Sequence record: NC_014636.1 | Strand: one strand, 5' to 3' | Length of the DNA stretch: 64,000 nucleotides | Part shown: positions 50,472-61,330 of the stretch, piece by piece | Layout: each line of letters opens with the position of its first letter | Position numbering within the stretch: position 1 is the first letter of the stretch | The notes under the pieces: model-generated | Told to the model about the DNA's origin: nothing | The model's database searches: none | What the model saw: only the letters and a program-made list of their open reading frames with translations | Made by a program: the position numbers and the translations under genes

Positions 50472-51020
50472 ATGGCTGTAATAACTGAACCGCAAGGCGG
50501 GTGGCAGCAATATTCTAATATTTTCGAGTTCTATGAGGGAGCGGGCGATTTGCCCGTTCATCATAGTTTTGAATTTGATGTTAGTCTTGAGCCTAACGAA
50601 TTTATCGTTTCTAAAGGAATCCAAGCTTCGGTAGCATTGGAAACTTATGGAGGGTCAAGACAAGGTATGAGTGTTGTGTCTAAGTTTGTTGATTATTTCG
50701 AACGTAACGGAGCAATAATCACTTTGAAATATAGAGACAGAAAGACGCTTGAGATAAAGACCGTTAATGGATTCAACAATCTACCAGATCCTAAGACTTG
50801 TGATGTTATTGAGTTTACTCCACCGAATGAATTGACAGCTCAAATAATATACACACCGATCGCGACAATCAGAACTATTGATCCAGCTAATCCCACCGCT
50901 CCTCCAGTAATATCAACTGTTAGAGCAAACTTCACACAAACACTCCATGGAACATATCAGGGATATGCCAATAAACTCGTTGATTACATAAATAAGAGTG
51001 GACCATTTCCGAGGATATAA
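50472..51020 (+). CDS. gp5.1-like protein
   Basis: Position between 5 and 5.4; 182 aa. Confidence 0.65.
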   Translation: MAVITEPQGGWQQYSNIFEFYEGAGDLPVHHSFEFDVSLEPNEFIVSKGIQASVALETYGGSRQGMSVVSKFVDYFERNGAIITLKYRDRKTLEIKTVNGFNNLPDPKTCDVIEFTPPNELTAQIIYTPIATIRTIDPANPTAPPVISTVRANFTQTLHGTYQGYANKLVDYINKSGPFPRI

Positions 51021-51021
51021 C

Positions 51022-51315
51022 ATGGCAGGCATAGTATTGAACATGGCCCCAACAATTGGACCGGGGCCATGGAAACCATCTAAAGTTGTCGGCACAAGCA
51101 CAACCGTGTTTGCAGAAGGACAACAAATCGTAGTCAAACAAGACGATCAAGTAATAAGACATGAGCGACCAGACGGTCCCGATTGGAAGCAGGGTAAAGT
51201 AATCGCGAGAACTGGAAAAGTTTTTGTCGAGGGAAAACCTATTGCACAAATCGGGGACGTTTGCACAGACGGCGAAATATTAGTTAAGTCTGCCACAAGT
51301 GTTTTCGCATCATAA
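51022..51315 (+). CDS. 5.4: gp5.4 PAAR-like spike tip
   Basis: 97 aa; TVFAEG, KVFVEGKPIAQIGD, SVF. Confidence 0.8.
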   Translation: MAGIVLNMAPTIGPGPWKPSKVVGTSTTVFAEGQQIVVKQDDQVIRHERPDGPDWKQGKVIARTGKVFVEGKPIAQIGDVCTDGEILVKSATSVFAS

Positions 51316-51324
51316 GGAGAAATT

Positions 51325-51747
51325 ATGGGAGCATTAAGTAATCGACTTAGAATGCTTGCAGTAGAGACAAAAGAATATTATTCCGACATTGACGCGAGTA
51401 TGAAACGCGATTATCGGAATAATGACGTCGCCAACGTATCAAACTTGTCTGCTGTTCAGCAATCTATGGCAGGTATAATTGGGACTCGACGTGGAGAGCG
51501 TCCATTCGATCCAGCATTCGGGTGTGATATTCACCAAACTCTATTTGAAAATATGAGTGAGGTAGCAGCCATGGCGATTGAGAGATCGATTTATGACGCG
51601 ATTGGCAACTATGAGCCGCGCGTTAAACTGGAAAACGTTCATGTTGTTCCACTATACGACAGAAACGAATATATCGTAACAATCAGCTATCGATTGATTA
51701 CGGACTTAAATTACATTTACGAACTTAAACTGGGAGTGTCCGGCTAA
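51325..51747 (+). CDS. 25: gp25 baseplate wedge subunit
   Basis: YYSDID, GERPFDPAFGC, YEPRV. Confidence 0.93.
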   Translation: MGALSNRLRMLAVETKEYYSDIDASMKRDYRNNDVANVSNLSAVQQSMAGIIGTRRGERPFDPAFGCDIHQTLFENMSEVAAMAIERSIYDAIGNYEPRVKLENVHVVPLYDRNEYIVTISYRLITDLNYIYELKLGVSG

Positions 51748-53702
51748 TGGCAAACGGTATTAATGCGGTAGATCTACCGAAGGATTTCTCTGGTGCCTCG
51801 TTTGAACAAATCAAACTAAATCTAATTCGCTGGCTCCAGAATCAAGACGAATTCAAAGATTATAATTTTGCGGGTAGCCGTATGTCGGTACTCGTTGACT
51901 TGCTGACTTATGCGACATTGTATATTCAGCAATTCGGCAACGCTGCTGTTTTCGAAAGTTTCTTGAGACTTGCACAGCTTCGTTCCTCAGTTGTTCAGCA
52001 TGTTCAGGACATGGGATATTTGCCATCTACCGCGAGCGCGAGCGGGACAACTGTTAGATTCACTGGATATTACAGTCCGATCGAATCAAGTCCGATTTCA
52101 ATCACTATTCCTAAGGGAACTAAGTTCACTGGTTCAATTGAGGATGTTGATTTCTATGATTATGTGACTTGGGACGATGTTCAAGTTATTCGTGGTATCA
52201 ACAATCGATATATTACGGATCTCGCATTGAAGCAAGGTCGTATTATTCGACAAGAGTTGATTTATCAAAAGGACAGTATTATTGAGATCAACGACAAGAG
52301 CATTGACCGTAATTACGTTCGTGTGTTCGTTGATGGTGCTCCATGGACAGACTGGACAACTAAACCTCTTGTTACTATCGGCGGCACAAGCACTGTATTT
52401 TATCAGCGTGAGACAATCGATGGATATACCGAGATCTTCTTCGGTGAAGGCGAGAAAGTTATTAAAGCAAATGGACAATTATCATCAAGTTTTGTTGGTG
52501 GTCTTAAACCTTCTGTTGGCTCAACTATCGTAATCGAATATTTGAGTACCGATGGTACAGCGGCAAACGGATGTCGTAATTTCGCATACGTTGATACGAT
52601 CCCTAATATCGTTGTTGAGAAGATCGAAGAGAACCCGACTTCTACACTAGGAAAACTTGACCCGGGATATACTGGTGCTGCCGGTGGCGGTGGAGAGGAA
52701 GATATTGAGCGTCTACGTGAACTTGGACCTATTATGCGTGAAACTCAGCGCAGAGCCGTTACCAGATCTGATTACGAAGCTTTCGTAAACTATCGCTTTG
52801 GTAATATCGTTCAAGCCGTTCAATGCTACACAGACTCGGAGAAGCCGGGATATGCGTTTATTGCAATTAAGCCTAAAGACGGTCTGTATCTGACTACCGT
52901 TCAGAAAGAAGATATTCAGAACTTCTTGAGGGATTACAACGTGGCAACTATTACACCAGTCGTTCATAGTCCAAATTACTTGTATGTCAAGTCGAATGTT
53001 AAAGTAACGTATGCGATGAATAACTTGAGTCAGACCGAAGAATGGCTACAAGGTAAAGTTCTTGACGCTATTGATCGTTATTACATAGAAGAAGTTGAAA
53101 TTTTCAACAGGGGTTTCTATACATCCAAATTGAATGGACGCATCGACGATGCCGATATTTCAATTCTTGGCACAACAACTTCAATTGGCCTAGTTCGCGA
53201 AGTCGAGAATTTCTATTCTTCTCCCATGATTGGCGTTAAGTACATGAATCAAGTAACAAACGGTTCTGTATACAGTTCTGATATCAAATACACACCGCGA
53301 GCAGGAACAAGCTACGGCATTCACTATGTCGGCACAAGAAAAAATAATGTTGCATTCGAAGGTAAAGTAAATGCTAACGCTGGTCTAACTCTAGTTGGAC
53401 CATTTGCTGCTGGTGATGTTACAGGCGTTGCTGCTTATACTGGTACCGACTTTGATAGAAAAGTTATTAGTGGTAGAAGCCTGTATTATGCTGTTGGTGA
53501 AGTTGATTATGTTGCGGATGAAATAACATTCGATCTTGGGGTATTGAATCAGAATATGGATAAATTCAGTGCCGCGTATATCGAGTTCCATGCAACACCA
53601 GTTGAAACTAACATATATACATCAGATGGCACAATGATTGTGTTTGAGAATAACCTCAGACCACAATATACCACAATTCAGATGGAGGCGGTAGTTCGCT
53701 AA
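51747..53702 (+). CDS. 6: gp6 baseplate wedge subunit
   Basis: EFKDYNFAGSRMSVLVDLL, QRRAVTRSDY. Confidence 0.95.
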   Translation: MANGINAVDLPKDFSGASFEQIKLNLIRWLQNQDEFKDYNFAGSRMSVLVDLLTYATLYIQQFGNAAVFESFLRLAQLRSSVVQHVQDMGYLPSTASASGTTVRFTGYYSPIESSPISITIPKGTKFTGSIEDVDFYDYVTWDDVQVIRGINNRYITDLALKQGRIIRQELIYQKDSIIEINDKSIDRNYVRVFVDGAPWTDWTTKPLVTIGGTSTVFYQRETIDGYTEIFFGEGEKVIKANGQLSSSFVGGLKPSVGSTIVIEYLSTDGTAANGCRNFAYVDTIPNIVVEKIEENPTSTLGKLDPGYTGAAGGGGEEDIERLRELGPIMRETQRRAVTRSDYEAFVNYRFGNIVQAVQCYTDSEKPGYAFIAIKPKDGLYLTTVQKEDIQNFLRDYNVATITPVVHSPNYLYVKSNVKVTYAMNNLSQTEEWLQGKVLDAIDRYYIEEVEIFNRGFYTSKLNGRIDDADISILGTTTSIGLVREVENFYSSPMIGVKYMNQVTNGSVYSSDIKYTPRAGTSYGIHYVGTRKNNVAFEGKVNANAGLTLVGPFAAGDVTGVAAYTGTDFDRKVISGRSLYYAVGEVDYVADEITFDLGVLNQNMDKFSAAYIEFHATPVETNIYTSDGTMIVFENNLRPQYTTIQMEAVVR

Positions 53703-56700
53703 TGATTAAGGCACCCACTATTACCAGCTTGCGAGTTGCAAAGCTTGGTGCAAACTTTTTGCATCTTATTTGGGATGATGTGGGTTCTAACTTCTTCTAT
53801 ATCGTAGAATATTCCATTGACAACGGAAATGGAAATTATTCGTGGATTCAGCGCGGGGTCACACCAGACCCCGACTGGTTCGAAGATAGAATCCTTGCAC
53901 CAAATACAAAATATATTTTTAGAGTGTCAACCACATTCTCGGGATTCGAGCAATCGGATTGGGTTTATTCTGACGTACTGGAGACATTCGAAACAAACGC
54001 ATATTCGATCAGCACTATGTCTCAGTTCATTCCGAATAATGTGTTTGTGAAAAACAAATTGACCGATAACAAAGGTTATGTCAATTTTAACAAAGACCCC
54101 ATCTATGCAACGTTGATGAATGAAAACTTTGTATATGATCCGGGCATTGCAAATATTACCAACATCGAAAACTTTATCGCTGCGGACGAAGAATCACATT
54201 TGATCCAAGAGCAGGTAGAAAAGGTTTGCGTTAGCGTTGATCGCACATATCTCGGATATAAGGATGATGTTCTTTACACATTCGAGCGTTTCCAGAATAT
54301 GGCTAAGGTATCTAACGACGGCGGTCAGAACTGGTGGTATTATCAAGCACTGACTGGACGAATTGGATATCCAGTTGCAAGGACTGTAATGTATCAGAAC
54401 GCAAACAGTAGTTTCTTGCTGGGATATGATGATGTATTTTACGGACGTCAGTCTGATGAAATTCGATTCAGTAGCAATACACATTTCTGGTCAGATGATC
54501 AAATCACTTTCGTTCGTATGGACGTCGATGCCAGTATCCCATTTAAGACTTTGGTATTTGGTCGATACACTTCATATCCAGACAACATTCGACGTAAGGT
54601 AGAAGCACAGGCCGCGAGTAATCAGTGGATCTATGCTGTAGCAGAAGACAATTTCCGTCGTATTCTCGTGAAAAACGCACCAATTGGTGACGACGGTAGC
54701 GGTAACACAGTTCGACTATGGGATCCAAATACATACAAAATCACAAATAATCCTCTTTGTGTTGTCAAGAAACTGGATGTATTCAAAGACAAATGCTATG
54801 CATTAGTGACTGGTAAAGTTGCTACTATGGACACCGACCGTCGAGTTGAATCAAATATTCTTCCCGCTACAGAAGCTGGTATTTACCGTTTTGATGAAGT
54901 CTATATTCCTGAGGTATTCAAGCTGGGAAATATTAACACCGGTGGATATACAGCGGGTATAGATTTTGATAAAATGCAAGTCACATTCGCAGGCGGAAGT
55001 CATGCTGGTCAAGTAAGTACCTCATGGGAAAATCGCGTATTCAGAGGAAAGAACGGTGTTCAAATGACTGTTGCTAGAACTATTAGCAGCAAGAATAAAG
55101 ACGCTTTTGTTTTTGATGCCGATTTGAAAGATACTGACGGTAATCTTGTTCAGTCAAAAGTCGATGCATTTAAAGCTGCATTCGCTAACCCGAATGAATT
55201 TGAATTGATTATGCAAAACGGTGAGATCGTCGTTCCTGGAATTCCCAACGGTGGTTCTTGGGTTCGTGTGTTTGGTAATACCGAAAAAGAACGTGAGTCA
55301 ATCGAACACAAATACAGTAACATGAGCACAGACGGAGAAAGAATTTTCGTTTCTTCTGCTGCTTATAAGTTTGATGAAACGGTAGTGGATGAAGATCTTC
55401 CACTTGCTTATCCAGATGATGTTACATCCGCTGTGAAATATGCATCGGAATATCCTTATCTGAGCTATAAGCGTTTCCACTTCTACACATGGAAATCAGA
55501 AGACGGAGAGAAATACGAAAGACGTCCTCAGACTTATTACAACGAGGCTAATTTCAGTTGGATGGCTACACTAGGACAACGCTGCTGGATTTCTCATGAT
55601 AACAAAGCCGTTGTTATTAATCCAAGAAAACTGCACACATATAGACTTGACCCAGACCTCAAACTGAATAAAGAAGTTTGGGATAAAGGGAATGTGAAAT
55701 TCTATCTGGAAAACGTCAAGTTTAGTGGTTTCACCCAATACTGTAACGGTATTATGATTCATAAAGGATATGATCGCGAACGTGCATCTGGCGGTGAAAT
55801 TGTTGCTTATTACGAGTATCCATATCGAGTGCGTGATAACGCCACTATCGTTTGGAGACCGGAGTTAGTTGCAATTGAAGCAAATCTACAGAATCAAGAA
55901 CGAGAACTTCCACCAGTTGTAGAAGAAGACAAGGGACTTGTTGACCCAGACCTTAGTCACTTTATCAGAACTATGGGACCAGAAGCATATTTTGGAGACG
56001 AAAGTAACTTTACCAAATTCGGTGAATATTACCTGCGTTATATCTCGGACGGAACTGAAACTTATTATAACAGATTGCTGAATCTGATCAAGAATAAGTA
56101 TCCACGCGAGGAAGACAACTTCCAATATTTGTGGTCTGAAATCAGAAAACGTAACATTTATTTGGATCAAGAGAAGCGCGACGCTGTTATTCGTTTCTTC
56201 GAATCACAAGCGGCTAATTTCTATTCTTCGAAAGGAACTGCTGCTAGTTATAAGTTCTTGTTTAAGCTGTTATATGATGCTGATGTGGAAATCGAGATCG
56301 AGAGTTCAGTTGGTATCGATTATGATATTATCGTCAAATCTGGTAATGTCGATTCTAGCTTAGTAGGACGCACTATATACACTCCCACTGGTAGAGCTAA
56401 TGTTACCTATGTCGAGCGTGTCTATGATAATGGCCTGCTTCGTTGGAAGATTACCATACACAACTTGATTGGTAAGTACGTCGAAGGACAGATCATCAAG
56501 TCTGAAACGTCTGCGTTTGAGGGTGAAATCGTTCGAGGTGTGACTGGTAAAGAACTTGCTTATTCCGATATTGATTATATCAACCGGAATCGCTCTTATT
56601 ATGTCATGAAAATTCGAAGCGAATTAAACACTGCTAGATATCGTGATGACATTTTGAGATTTGTTCATCCTGTTGGTTTTGGTTTTATTGGTATCGCAAT

Positions 56701-57193
56701 GCTGACTGTTTTTATTAACGGCGGTATTAGTATGGTGCCGCAACAAACGATGGTCGAGCTAAATAAGACATATCGTTGGGACTCGGGTTTACCGAGTGTA
56801 ACACCAAAACTGAAAACCAGTGTCGATCCTGATTCAAGTCTAGTTGACCCAGACCCGTTATTTCACGCAACGACTGGAGAGCTTGTAGAAGTTCAGCAAC
56901 CACAAACCGCGTTTGATATCGCAACGTGGCAGACAGCTAAAGATGAAAATGGCGTTGCTCACGGTGGTAGAAGTTATGATACCGATGAAACAAACGTAAC
57001 GTGGAATGGAGTTGTTTATAAGCCGTCACAAAGACGACTTGAATGGAGTCCATTGTTTAGTGATTTCAGTACCAGATTCAGTGATTATCGCAGACTGGTA
57101 GAATTGAGATTGAAAGACGACTTAAAAGAACCCCGCGATGTTAGTCGTTTGACAAGTCTCAAGGAAGCGACACAAATTAGAATTGGAGAATAA
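53702..57193 (+). CDS. 7: gp7 baseplate wedge initiator
   Basis: IKAPTITSLRV, FYSSKGT..SYKFLFKLLY, FVHPVGFGF. Confidence 0.95.
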   Translation: MIKAPTITSLRVAKLGANFLHLIWDDVGSNFFYIVEYSIDNGNGNYSWIQRGVTPDPDWFEDRILAPNTKYIFRVSTTFSGFEQSDWVYSDVLETFETNAYSISTMSQFIPNNVFVKNKLTDNKGYVNFNKDPIYATLMNENFVYDPGIANITNIENFIAADEESHLIQEQVEKVCVSVDRTYLGYKDDVLYTFERFQNMAKVSNDGGQNWWYYQALTGRIGYPVARTVMYQNANSSFLLGYDDVFYGRQSDEIRFSSNTHFWSDDQITFVRMDVDASIPFKTLVFGRYTSYPDNIRRKVEAQAASNQWIYAVAEDNFRRILVKNAPIGDDGSGNTVRLWDPNTYKITNNPLCVVKKLDVFKDKCYALVTGKVATMDTDRRVESNILPATEAGIYRFDEVYIPEVFKLGNINTGGYTAGIDFDKMQVTFAGGSHAGQVSTSWENRVFRGKNGVQMTVARTISSKNKDAFVFDADLKDTDGNLVQSKVDAFKAAFANPNEFELIMQNGEIVVPGIPNGGSWVRVFGNTEKERESIEHKYSNMSTDGERIFVSSAAYKFDETVVDEDLPLAYPDDVTSAVKYASEYPYLSYKRFHFYTWKSEDGEKYERRPQTYYNEANFSWMATLGQRCWISHDNKAVVINPRKLHTYRLDPDLKLNKEVWDKGNVKFYLENVKFSGFTQYCNGIMIHKGYDRERASGGEIVAYYEYPYRVRDNATIVWRPELVAIEANLQNQERELPPVVEEDKGLVDPDLSHFIRTMGPEAYFGDESNFTKFGEYYLRYISDGTETYYNRLLNLIKNKYPREEDNFQYLWSEIRKRNIYLDQEKRDAVIRFFESQAANFYSSKGTAASYKFLFKLLYDADVEIEIESSVGIDYDIIVKSGNVDSSLVGRTIYTPTGRANVTYVERVYDNGLLRWKITIHNLIGKYVEGQIIKSETSAFEGEIVRGVTGKELAYSDIDYINRNRSYYVMKIRSELNTARYRDDILRFVHPVGFGFIGIAMLTVFINGGISMVPQQTMVELNKTYRWDSGLPSVTPKLKTSVDPDSSLVDPDPLFHATTGELVEVQQPQTAFDIATWQTAKDENGVAHGGRSYDTDETNVTWNGVVYKPSQRRLEWSPLFSDFSTRFSDYRRLVELRLKDDLKEPRDVSRLTSLKEATQIRIGE

Positions 57194-57194
57194 A

Positions 57195-58181
57195 ATGTCC
57201 TCGATCATTTATCGTTCGATAGTAACAAATAAGTTTAGAACTGAAAACCTTCTAAACTTTTATAACTCGATCGGTGATGAAGCAGGCAAACACACAATCT
57301 ATACAACATTTGGCCGCCCAGATAAATGGGCGGACAATGAAACAGATTCGAAGTTTGCTCCGCCATATCCCGACGACTCAGTAGAAGGTATTGCCGATGT
57401 TTGGTCGCGTATGCTTGGTGCTGTGAAAATTCAACAAGAAATGTTAAGACCTGTTGTTCCTCGTGATGACTGGGGAGATCAGCGTTATTCTGATCCGTTT
57501 ACACACCACATTGGTGATATTGTTGTAACTAACAGCGCACCGTATAACAGAACTGAAATCGGTAGCGGTTGGATGGTATATCGTTGCGTTGACGTTCCAG
57601 AAGTTGGTCAATGTAGCATTAAGACTATTACCGAGAAAGGCGCGTGTATGAAAATCGGCGGCAAGTGGACACCGAGTCGTGAATCATTGCTGCCTGTAGG
57701 CAAGAGTGATGGTGTAGATATGAAAGATGGATACATCTGGGAATATCTATATACGATTCCGCCTGATGTCGCAATTAACGAATGCACTAACGAGCATATC
57801 GTTGTTCCTACTCCACAGGAGCTTATTGCTAATCCTACTCGGTGGGGTTATCAGCACGTTCTGAAATGGTATCCAGCTAAGTATGATGTCATTTTTAGAA
57901 TGAAATGTCATACGCTGCGGTTTAGAGCTTATATCGACTCGATCTATTTTAAAGAAGCGTCGATGGTAGGTAATAAAGGTTTCCGTCAACTTAGTGTTAT
58001 TCTTGACCCTATTTTAACAAAATCAAATCCAGCGGCAGCAGATGTAAAAGCAACGGCGGCAAATTATTTGCCCTCTCAGCTTGAGCGGCATTCTGGTGAA
58101 ATGATATACATGGAAAACAGACAACCGATTATTCGTTCTAGAGATCAGACCGAAGAATTTAACTTGATTTTCGAGTTTTAA
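57195..58181 (+). CDS. 8: gp8 baseplate wedge subunit
   Basis: IYRSIVTNKFRTENL, SGEMIYMENRQPI..S.DQTEE. Confidence 0.95.
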   Translation: MSSIIYRSIVTNKFRTENLLNFYNSIGDEAGKHTIYTTFGRPDKWADNETDSKFAPPYPDDSVEGIADVWSRMLGAVKIQQEMLRPVVPRDDWGDQRYSDPFTHHIGDIVVTNSAPYNRTEIGSGWMVYRCVDVPEVGQCSIKTITEKGACMKIGGKWTPSRESLLPVGKSDGVDMKDGYIWEYLYTIPPDVAINECTNEHIVVPTPQELIANPTRWGYQHVLKWYPAKYDVIFRMKCHTLRFRAYIDSIYFKEASMVGNKGFRQLSVILDPILTKSNPAAADVKATAANYLPSQLERHSGEMIYMENRQPIIRSRDQTEEFNLIFEF

Positions 58182-58183
58182 TT

Positions 58184-58207
58184 AAGCCACCTTCGGGTGG
58201 CTTTTTT
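58184..58207 (+). terminator. intrinsic terminator
   Basis: GCCACC-TTCG-GGTGGC + T tract. Confidence 0.85.
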
Positions 58208-58219
58208 GCAGGCGAAATT

Positions 58220-58227
58220 GCTAAATA
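58220..58227 (+). promoter_or_regulatory. late promoter
   Basis: GCTAAATA upstream of gene 9. Confidence 0.7.
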
Positions 58228-58250
58228 TGTTATAGACAAAGGAGAACAAA

Positions 58251-59177
58251 ATGCAACAAACCAAATTATTGATTGATACGGGTGAAGAAGGTGTGGAAGG
58301 CACCGGTGATACCCTGTATCAAGGTGGCACTTCTCTAAACAGAAATTTGAACAGCGTTTATAATGTTTTTGGTGATTATAGACAATTCAAATCTGATGCT
58401 GGACAAGGCAACCAAATAATGCTGCTACATGCTGGCGGATATTATCAGAAACATTCTCGCGCATATTATGCGGGAGCAGAAAACCCAAGTGGAAGTCCTG
58501 TTGAATTTGGGTCACTACACGATCTGTCTGTTACCAGAGACGGTGCTGGAGATCTAGTTGTTACATTGCCAGCTGGTAATAACCACGCGGGAGAATACGT
58601 CCATTTCATTAATACCGATGGAACAGTTGGCGTAGGAACAGGCAAAGAAGTTATTATTCGTGTTAGCGGATCCGGTGATAGTATTGGGTCACTTGGAACA
58701 CAGATGAAAATCCAGAAGTCCTATTTCTCAATTCGATTCTGGGTAGATAAAGCGAGTCCTACAGGCTCACACTGGAGCTATAAAGTTGAGAGTTTGTTCG
58801 GAGATGGCTCCGTTCCATATAATAGCGTCATTAGCAATATCGGCACTGGTGTTACTAAAGATATTCCGCTATTCAATAAGTTTCAATATAACAGCGTGAA
58901 GCATATGGTATTTGTTACCGAGCGTGGTAATAACATCCAACAAGAGGCAAGCGAAGTTTTGGTGCTCGTAAATAACAGCAACCCAAACGACAATAACGTT
59001 TATTCTACCGAGTATGCTCGTATCAGAACAAAAGATACCGCCAATTCGAAAGATAATTTGCTGTACGAAACCGAATATAAGATCGTTAGCGGAGTCGTGA
59101 GAATGTATGTAAAAAATATCGGATCAACTGCAATTGACGTAACAGTTAAAGCAATTGAGTCCATCGGAGGACAATAA
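58251..59177 (+). CDS. 9: gp9 baseplate tail-fibre connector
   Basis: IDTG..G..GTGDTLYQGG..LN.N, HAGGYYQK. Confidence 0.9.
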   Translation: MQQTKLLIDTGEEGVEGTGDTLYQGGTSLNRNLNSVYNVFGDYRQFKSDAGQGNQIMLLHAGGYYQKHSRAYYAGAENPSGSPVEFGSLHDLSVTRDGAGDLVVTLPAGNNHAGEYVHFINTDGTVGVGTGKEVIIRVSGSGDSIGSLGTQMKIQKSYFSIRFWVDKASPTGSHWSYKVESLFGDGSVPYNSVISNIGTGVTKDIPLFNKFQYNSVKHMVFVTERGNNIQQEASEVLVLVNNSNPNDNNVYSTEYARIRTKDTANSKDNLLYETEYKIVSGVVRMYVKNIGSTAIDVTVKAIESIGGQ

Positions 59178-61330
59178 TGAGTAAGCAAACGATTGTTATC
59201 GGTAATGCTGTTGATGACGGTACCGGCGACTACATGCGTCGTGGTGGACAAAAAATTAACAGCAACTTTACCGAATTATATGGGGAGCTGGGCGACGGTG
59301 CTGTTCCTCATGCTGCTGGTGCGTGGAAGCGTTATTCTACAGTAGGCACACCGCTAACTGTTACTTTCGGTAAGTCGTACACCATCGACACAACCGGAGG
59401 ACAAATTACTGTTAACTTGCCGGCTGGTAAGCCATCTGATTACGGCAAAGTAATTAGACTTCGTGACGTAAATGGCTCATGGGCAACTAATCCAGTCAAC
59501 TTAGTTCCTGGTGGTACTGATACAGTAAAAGGAACAACAAAAAAGCACAAGCTTTGGAAAAACTACCTTGATGCTGAATTAGTATATTGCAGTCCTGGTA
59601 AATGGGAATATGCGGATAATAAGCGCGTTAACGGTATTAGCACTGCAAACGGAGCCACTGTAGCGCGTCGCGAAATTATCGCAACTGCTGGTCAAACTGA
59701 TTTCTCTGATATTTTCGAATCTAGCTATAACCCAGGCGCTTTGGAAGTATATCGTCGCGGTAACTTGCTATATTACGGCGATAAAGTTGGAGCAAACACC
59801 GACTATGGTTCAATGACGATTAGAACTCCTGTTGCTAGTAATGTAACTATTACCGGTGGCACAAAGAATGGTACCGTTGGATATGCAAACGGAGTCGTCG
59901 GTACTATTAGCGCAACTGCTAATAAAGTCGAAGGACTTGTTATCGTTGATTTTAAGGCAGAAGTTGCGACAAATACCGTTATTCTGCAATTCTCAAACGG
60001 TGCTCGCCCTATGGAGTCGAACGTAATTACGGTCACTCAAAACGGCAGTATTTGGTTCCTGCAATATGATGCTAGTCGCACTGCGTATATTGGCGTTTAT
60101 TCAGATCTGAGAACTAAGCTGGCATCTACCGCAAGTCAAACATATTCTGTTTCTGTATACAGACTGAATACACTAGACGGCTACTCCATTCGATTGGCAG
60201 AGCCCTGTGAAGCGGGAGACGTTGTTACCATAGTTACCTACTTAGACGGTATTGCCTCTTATCGTAGCTCATACCAACGCTATACATTGCGCGTTTATGA
60301 TGAAAAGCTAACGACAGAAGATATCACAACTGTTCCGGGGCAACGTTGGGTTGGAGATCTTGAGAAGAAATCACGCTTTAGTCTGAACGATTTCGACTTG
60401 CTAGAGAATGAGACATATAATCCATTTAGTCTTGAAATTGTTCTTAACGGACGCACACTGACTCGCGCGGGCGAAGGCGATTTGCCAGCCTTTATTTGTG
60501 AAGGTGCTAACGCGACAACTGAAAGCGCGTGTATTGCTCAAGGTGGTGCATGGGTAGCTTCTGGTGGTGACTATTCAACTGTTACCGATTTGAATGATCG
60601 TTATCGCGAATTTGTCATTAATGAGCCGTTGAGTCACAAAGATATTATTACGATTCGTTGGTACAATAATGACATCGGAACAACATTAGACTGGGACGGC
60701 GATGGCGGTATTCAAGAAAAAGCGGATGCTCGTTATATTGTGTCGGAAGATACATTTACCCGTCAAGGCAAGATTATGTATACCGACGTTTCTAATCCAA
60801 GTGCATCGACTGCTGTTGCAGATCCAGAAGTAGAAAGCGCGATTCGTTTTACAAACGTTCCTAGCTTGTTGGAGTCGATTTATCCAGTTGGATCGATTTA
60901 TACAAATGCGAATAATCCAAACAACCCTAAGACATATATGGGATTTGGTGAATGGCGCAGATTTGGTCAAGGTCGAGTTATGGTTTCTTGGAATGAAGAT
61001 AATCCTAACGATCCTAATTTCGGTCTGAATACAAACGATAAAGACGTAAATGGAAACCCGCGTCACTCTGCTGGTAATACTGGTGGGACAACAACAAACA
61101 CACTAGGCATTTCGAATATTCCGCCGATTACATCAAGCGAAAAAGCTTTGATTGTTGATCCGGTTGGTGATGTTCTTGTTGGTGGATGCCAATTTGACCC
61201 AGATGATCAGGGACCTGGTTTCAAACGCTATCGTGAAGATTTGGTAAAAGCGCGTCCAAATGAAATTGCGCTACCTGTTAATAACTTGCAACCGTATATT
61301 ACGGTTCATATGTGGATAAGGGTTCTATAA
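59177..61330 (+). CDS. 10: gp10 baseplate wedge / tail pin
   Basis: GNAVDDGTGDYMRRGGQKIN, IYPVGSIY, NLQPYITVHMWIRV. Confidence 0.95.
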   Translation: MSKQTIVIGNAVDDGTGDYMRRGGQKINSNFTELYGELGDGAVPHAAGAWKRYSTVGTPLTVTFGKSYTIDTTGGQITVNLPAGKPSDYGKVIRLRDVNGSWATNPVNLVPGGTDTVKGTTKKHKLWKNYLDAELVYCSPGKWEYADNKRVNGISTANGATVARREIIATAGQTDFSDIFESSYNPGALEVYRRGNLLYYGDKVGANTDYGSMTIRTPVASNVTITGGTKNGTVGYANGVVGTISATANKVEGLVIVDFKAEVATNTVILQFSNGARPMESNVITVTQNGSIWFLQYDASRTAYIGVYSDLRTKLASTASQTYSVSVYRLNTLDGYSIRLAEPCEAGDVVTIVTYLDGIASYRSSYQRYTLRVYDEKLTTEDITTVPGQRWVGDLEKKSRFSLNDFDLLENETYNPFSLEIVLNGRTLTRAGEGDLPAFICEGANATTESACIAQGGAWVASGGDYSTVTDLNDRYREFVINEPLSHKDIITIRWYNNDIGTTLDWDGDGGIQEKADARYIVSEDTFTRQGKIMYTDVSNPSASTAVADPEVESAIRFTNVPSLLESIYPVGSIYTNANNPNNPKTYMGFGEWRRFGQGRVMVSWNEDNPNDPNFGLNTNDKDVNGNPRHSAGNTGGTTTNTLGISNIPPITSSEKALIVDPVGDVLVGGCQFDPDDQGPGFKRYREDLVKARPNEIALPVNNLQPYITVHMWIRVL

